Shown in pieces: positions 59,214 through 64,000 of a stretch of 64,000 nucleotides of DNA. The number at the start of each line of letters is the position of its first letter. Positions within the stretch are counted from its first letter, which is position 1. Below the pieces are notes generated by a model. That model saw nothing but the letters and a program-made list of their open reading frames with translations. It was not told the origin of the DNA and did no database searches. The stretch covers positions 1-64,000 of the forward strand of contig CAVTQK010000023.1 of the NCBI GenBank assembly GCA_963736855.1. The letters are read 5' to 3'. The position numbers and the translations under genes are program-made. This DNA comes from an uncultured delta proteobacterium. Its GTDB lineage: Bacteria; Desulfobacterota; Desulfobacteria; Desulfobacterales; UBA2156.

Positions 59214-61361
59214 GTGAAGCCTTCCTCTTTTAATTTCAAAAAACAAAAGCTGGGTGCGGGTGCAGCCCTGGTAGCCGCTTCCCTGTTCATCAGCTTCATA
59301 TTGTACTCCATCGGCCCGGTCAAGCCCCTTTCCCTCAGGGCGCTGGACCTCGCCTTCCGCCATCTCCCTCTGTCACCACCCCATGAGGATATTCTCATCA
59401 TCACCATCGACCAGCCCGATATCGATTTTTTCAAAGAACAGGGCATCTTCTGGCCGTGGCCCCGTCAGCTCTATGCCGGTATCATTGACTTCTGCCGGAT
59501 CGGAGGAGCAAGAGCAATCCTTTTCGATATTCTATTCACCGAACCGTCTTCTTACGGTTTCAAAGATGATGAGAAGTTGGCCCGTTCCGCTGCCGAATTC
59601 AAACACGTTGCATTTCCCTTTTTTCTTTCCAAAGAGATAAAAGAGGCAGAAGCCCAGGAAACGGATTTCCTCGCCAAGGCAAGCCTGTCCATGGACCCTG
59701 CGGCCTCCGGCGCTTCTTCACCATACCATTCTGTTGTCATGCCAATTCAGGAGCTTGTGGCAGCATCGGGAGCCTTGGGAAACGTTTCGGGAGACCCGGA
59801 TCCGGATGGCACATTCCGTCGTCTTCATCCGGTCATTCTTTTCAAAGATCGGTGGCTTCCGGCACTCCCCCTTTCGGGTTTCAGCCGATTCAGGAAAGAA
59901 AGCTCCTGGCGATTGGAAGAAAACGCTCTAGTCCAGGGATCGTACCGCATCCCCCTGGATTCCCAGGGACGTTGCATCCTCAATTTCCGCGGCCCTTCCA
60001 GAACATATAAACGATTGGGCGCCGCCAATGTCATTCAGTCCGAAATCCGTCGCTCTCAGGGCGTCTCTCCCATTTATGCGCCTGAAACTATCCGGGGCAA
60101 ATGGGTACTCGTAGGCCTGACAGCCCCGGGCCTGATGGATTTAAAGGCATCTCCGGTAGGCGAAATCTATTCCGGTGTGGAAATTCACGCCACCTTCCTG
60201 GATAATCTTCTGTCAGGGGATTTCCTAAAAACCGCATCCCCCGCCTTTTCATGGTTACTGACAGGACTAACGGCCGTTGGCGTGGTTGCCTCCGTGCTCT
60301 GGGCTTCCGAATTTCTGATCACTGTAGCCGTACCCTTTCTATTCATATTAGGGAACATAGGCATTACCGTTACCGCCTTTCCCCAAAACTGGTGGATCGA
60401 CCCGATCCTTCCGGCTTCCACGATCTTTATTACATTCTTTTTTACCGCAGCCTATAGTTACGCCACTGAGGGAAGGCAGAAAAAAGCCATCCGAAGTATG
60501 TTCGGCCATTACCTGTCGGAATCCGTAATCAGTCATCTTTTAGTCGACCCGAAACGGTTACAGCTCGGCGGAGAACGGAAACGGGTCACCCTTTTTTTTT
60601 CCGATCTGGCGGGTTTTACTTCCCTGTCTGAGCGTTTAGAACCGGAAGCCGTGGTCAGCCTTCTGAACCAATACCTATCCGTCATGACCGAAATCATCCT
60701 GCAAGAAGCGGGGACGTTAGATAAGTTCGAGGGGGACGCCATCATGGCCTTCTGGGGGGCTCCCCTGATTCAGCCGGATCAGGCGGTGCTGGCCTGCCGT
60801 GCCGCTTTGCGCCAGCAGGAAGCCATGAAAGAACTGAATCAAAGACTCTCCGAGCAGGTTCTTCCGGATTTACATATGCGTATCGGTATACACACCGGAG
60901 AAGCGGTAGTGGGAAATTTAGGTTCCGAGAGGCGGTTTGATTTCACGGTTATCGGTGATACCGTAAACCTGGCTTCACGGCTGGAAGGACTCAATAAATA
61001 CTATGGAACCGGAATTCTCGTCAGCGAAGTCACGTTTCAAGAGTGTCGGGATGCCTTAGAGTTCATGGAGATCGACCGCGTAGCTGTCAAAGGAAGGGGG
61101 ACGCCTATCACCGTTTTCACCCCCCTGTCACTCAAAGAGGAACTCTCCGAGTCCCAGGCAGAGCTTAAGGGAGAATTCGAAAAGGCGTTAAACTTCTATC
61201 GCCTGAAAAAATTCGAAGCAGCCGCAGCCGGTTATGAGGCCGTCGTCCGGAAATGGCCTCATGTGAGCGCGGCCAAAGTCATGTGGGAACGGTGCCGCCA
61301 TTTACTGGATCATCCTGTGCCTGAAGATTGGGATGCGGTCTTTCGGCCGGATCAAAAATAG
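59214..61361 (+). CDS. CHASE2-domain class III adenylate cyclase; start uncertain
   Basis: 'WPWPR', 'FDILF.E', three TM segments, 'FSDLAGFT', 'DKFEGDAIMAFWG', 'TVIGDTVNLASRLEG'. Confidence 0.93.
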   Translation: MKPSSFNFKKQKLGAGAALVAASLFISFILYSIGPVKPLSLRALDLAFRHLPLSPPHEDILIITIDQPDIDFFKEQGIFWPWPRQLYAGIIDFCRIGGARAILFDILFTEPSSYGFKDDEKLARSAAEFKHVAFPFFLSKEIKEAEAQETDFLAKASLSMDPAASGASSPYHSVVMPIQELVAASGALGNVSGDPDPDGTFRRLHPVILFKDRWLPALPLSGFSRFRKESSWRLEENALVQGSYRIPLDSQGRCILNFRGPSRTYKRLGAANVIQSEIRRSQGVSPIYAPETIRGKWVLVGLTAPGLMDLKASPVGEIYSGVEIHATFLDNLLSGDFLKTASPAFSWLLTGLTAVGVVASVLWASEFLITVAVPFLFILGNIGITVTAFPQNWWIDPILPASTIFITFFFTAAYSYATEGRQKKAIRSMFGHYLSESVISHLLVDPKRLQLGGERKRVTLFFSDLAGFTSLSERLEPEAVVSLLNQYLSVMTEIILQEAGTLDKFEGDAIMAFWGAPLIQPDQAVLACRAALRQQEAMKELNQRLSEQVLPDLHMRIGIHTGEAVVGNLGSERRFDFTVIGDTVNLASRLEGLNKYYGTGILVSEVTFQECRDALEFMEIDRVAVKGRGTPITVFTPLSLKEELSESQAELKGEFEKALNFYRLKKFEAAAAGYEAVVRKWPHVSAAKVMWERCRHLLDHPVPEDWDAVFRPDQK

Positions 61362-61545
61362 AGTTTCCATCAATCGACAATGGTGTACCGAGGATCAGGC
61401 AATTAATAAAATTCAGGTGAGAGCCATGCTTTTTAATCTTTAGTCCCCTTGAATTTAAAAGCCCTTATAGACTATAACCGAACTAACGTTATGTCTTGAA
61501 CGGAAATCGATTTCCCCCGATCGTCAATGGGAAAATCAAGGAGAG

Positions 61546-62052
61546 GTGATGAATTATAATCTGCTTTTCCGAAAACACCTGATTACAGTCATGGTTGTTT
61601 TTTTCGTCCTTTGTTTGTCTGCTGGCTTGGCAGCACAAGCCAAACCTTTGGAAGTGACGCAGACAAACCAGCAGCTTTACAAAAAGCCGGATTTTGCCAG
61701 CACATCTTTGGGAAGCGTCCCGAAGGGAGAAGCGGTGCGCCTGCTAAAGGAAGAAGGGGACTGGTATCGCATCGACTACAAAGGTAAAACCGGATGGATG
61801 CATCAAAAAGCCTTTGTTAAAGACTGGAGTTTCAAACCGGATCTTAAGAAGGTGCTCTTCGGACCCGAGGTCAAACAAAGTCAAAGCGATGAGGCGGCCC
61901 TGGCCGGAAAGGGATTTACACCGGAAGTGGAAAACGGTTTCAGGTGTAAAAACCCGGGGTTGAGTTATGCTCAGGTGGACCGAATCGAGACGTTTGCCGT
62001 CGATAAGAAACGACTCGAAGTCTTTGCAAAGGAAGGGGGGCTGAAGCCATGA
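61546..62052 (+). CDS. Secreted SH3b-domain protein
   Basis: Signal peptide; 'EEGDWYRI...GWMH'; 'ALAGKGF' tail. Confidence 0.8.
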   Translation: MMNYNLLFRKHLITVMVVFFVLCLSAGLAAQAKPLEVTQTNQQLYKKPDFASTSLGSVPKGEAVRLLKEEGDWYRIDYKGKTGWMHQKAFVKDWSFKPDLKKVLFGPEVKQSQSDEAALAGKGFTPEVENGFRCKNPGLSYAQVDRIETFAVDKKRLEVFAKEGGLKP

Positions 62053-62921
62053 AGGGCGCCCGAGTGTGTTGGATTCTATCCTTGCTTATCCCGAGTATAT
62101 TCTGGAATTGCGCCGGATTGTCCTCGTTGCCCGTTTCTCAGATTCAGCCTGCAGCAGAAGTGGCTGTTAAAACAGGGCAAAAAGCCGTCCAGGCCTCCCG
62201 ACCCATCTCGGACTCCGAGGAATACTACATCGGCCGGGCGGTTTGTGCCCGGATCCTGGCCAAGTACCCCCTCTACGACAACCCCAAGGTCACCGATTAC
62301 ATCAATGTGCTGGGACAATCTCTCGTGAAGAATTCTTCCCGGCCCCAAACTTACAAGGGACACCATTTTGCTGTGCTGAATACCCCTGAGCCCAATGCCT
62401 TTGCCTGCCCCGGCGGGATTGTTCTGGTGACCCGGGGTTTGATCAAAATATGTGCCGGCGAGGATGAGCTGGCGGCGGTTTTAGCCCACGAGCTCGCCCA
62501 TGTCGCCCATCAGGACGGCATCCATTCGATCAGTCAGGCGCGATGGAGCGAAGTCCTCACCACCCTTGGAACCGAAACAGTGAAGCAGTACGGCGGAGTC
62601 GGCGGCCAGCTTGTAAGCTTATTCGAGGGATCCATCGACGATGTCTTCAAGACCATCGTAGTAAACGGATACAGTCGATCGGCCGAAGAAAAAGCGGACC
62701 GTGAGGCTGTTGCCATCTTGGATCAATCCGGATTCAGGCCCTTTTCACTCTGTTCCCTCTTGTCTAAAATGGCCATCCTTGAAAAGGGCGCAAACGGAAT
62801 TTACCGAACGCATCCCCCTGCCGCCGAACGGTTGACTCTTCTCAAGGACATCCCGAGAGGTGTTTGCGGAAAAGTGGAAGAACAGCGCGCCCAAAGGTTC
62901 AAACGGATCTTTGGAACTTGA
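62049..62921 (+). CDS. M48 metalloprotease, probable lipoprotein
   Basis: 'PNAFACPGG', HELAH, 'YSRSAEEKAD', 'THP'. Confidence 0.9.
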   Translation: MKGARVCWILSLLIPSIFWNCAGLSSLPVSQIQPAAEVAVKTGQKAVQASRPISDSEEYYIGRAVCARILAKYPLYDNPKVTDYINVLGQSLVKNSSRPQTYKGHHFAVLNTPEPNAFACPGGIVLVTRGLIKICAGEDELAAVLAHELAHVAHQDGIHSISQARWSEVLTTLGTETVKQYGGVGGQLVSLFEGSIDDVFKTIVVNGYSRSAEEKADREAVAILDQSGFRPFSLCSLLSKMAILEKGANGIYRTHPPAAERLTLLKDIPRGVCGKVEEQRAQRFKRIFGT

Positions 62922-62954
62922 TATGCCTTACATCAAAACAAATGTCGGCATCGG

Positions 62955-64000
62955 CTAAAAGGTATACCCGATGGAAAAATGAATCCTCCCTGAGCTCTCC
63001 CCCTCCTTTCGGTCCAGTTTGTGGCCATACATGAGGCTGATGGGGCCTACCGGCGTGATATAGCTCAATCCGACGCCAACGGATGAACGGAGGTCGTCGT
63101 ACCCCTCATCGATTTCCGTATCCCTTATTGTGCCCAAATCATAAAAGACCGAGATTTCAAAATTGGAACCCAGATCGTATCTGACCTCGATGTTTCCTGA
63201 TAACTCTAATCTTCCACCCACCGCATTTCCCGAAGTATCCGCTCTAAGCCTGTTCTCTTCGAAACCCCGGACATCACTCAATCCTCCCAGGTAAAAGAGC
63301 TGGTCGTCGGCCACATCGTCGTCGGCAGAGTAGGACTGAATGATGCCGCATCGGGCACGCAGAGCAACCGTGAGACGCTCCGCCGGAGTCCGGTAATATC
63401 GCGCTTCGAGGCGATAACGGATGAAATCATCCAGGGTATTGTCCAATCCCTTGGATGCATCCATGGAGGCTCTCGCAATCAATCCTTTCTTAGGCCGAAC
63501 ATAGGAATCCACGGTAGCATATTGCAGAGAAGGCGTCACCACTAAGAGCGTCCTCGATTCATACTGTTCTTCATCCTCGGGGAGGATCGGCTCATCATCG
63601 AGCCGGTACTGTTTTCGACTCTCGTAAAGTAAGGCAAAACCGCCTTCGAATCGGTCCGCAAGGTGTTTTTGAAAACTCAGCGCGCTCCCGGATCTCCTGA
63701 CACCGAACATTTGATTCTTCTTCTCCTGTTTCTCGGTGAAGAGCGATCCGGTGGCGGTGACCCCGGAGCGGAAAAAATCGGGGTCGGTAACCCCGGCTTC
63801 CCCCAGATAGCTAATCAGACTGTATTCGCCGTCTATCCAGATGCTTTTATTCCGGCCGAAGAGGTTTCTGTCCTCCAGCCGACCCAAAACGTAGAATTCC
63901 CTGGCGGTATCATATCCGCCGCCGATTTCAAAAAGATATGGTTTTCTCTCCTCCACGTTCCAGACCACATCGACCCGATCCGACTTCTCCTCGAATCCGA
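62955..64000 (-). CDS. BamA/TamA (Omp85) beta-barrel, C-terminal part; runs off the window
   Basis: 'FYLGG..DVRGF', 'YITPVGPI', terminal 'FSIGYTF'. Confidence 0.9.
   Translation of the reverse strand, partial: GFEEKSDRVDVVWNVEERKPYLFEIGGGYDTAREFYVLGRLEDRNLFGRNKSIWIDGEYSLISYLGEAGVTDPDFFRSGVTATGSLFTEKQEKKNQMFGVRRSGSALSFQKHLADRFEGGFALLYESRKQYRLDDEPILPEDEEQYESRTLLVVTPSLQYATVDSYVRPKKGLIARASMDASKGLDNTLDDFIRYRLEARYYRTPAERLTVALRARCGIIQSYSADDDVADDQLFYLGGLSDVRGFEENRLRADTSGNAVGGRLELSGNIEVRYDLGSNFEISVFYDLGTIRDTEIDEGYDDLRSSVGVGLSYITPVGPISLMYGHKLDRKEGESSGRIHFSIGYTF

Overview
Chromosomal window from a deltaproteobacterium, most likely a Desulfobacterales-like anaerobe (inferred from gene content; roughly 50% GC by eye). 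Bases 1-5600 look like a decaying genomic island abutting tRNA-Leu(TAA). It holds a 5'-truncated tyrosine integrase, a truncated TPR gene, arfB, a YegP-like gene and a GC-rich foreign beta-helix gene. Core-like genes follow: iscU/iscS-like pair, ECF sigma triad, maf, yggS, queH, an M48 peptidase, pilB with a C-terminal cNMP domain, and a long minus-strand block from rpoH through mutS and amidase to crotonase. Next come tRNA-Arg(TCT) with two secreted-protein genes, a GT2, rsmG, smr, fusA, an HNH nuclease and an MFS transporter. The window ends with an MSHA-like type IV pilus locus (extension ATPase frameshifted), a CHASE2 adenylate cyclase-SH3-M48 cluster and a partial Omp85 gene. Four observations stand out. 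(1) Nine 154-192 bp non-autonomous elements share termini but carry four different, covarying hairpin cores, have 4-5 bp target duplications and stack in tandem. (2) One tandem pair lies between a sigma54 promoter and the putative major pilin. (3) The IscS lacks the PLP lysine and is paired with a zinc-ribbon IscU. (4) A PilB-cNMP fusion suggests direct cAMP control of a pilus motor. All calls are by eye from motifs; no database searches were run.
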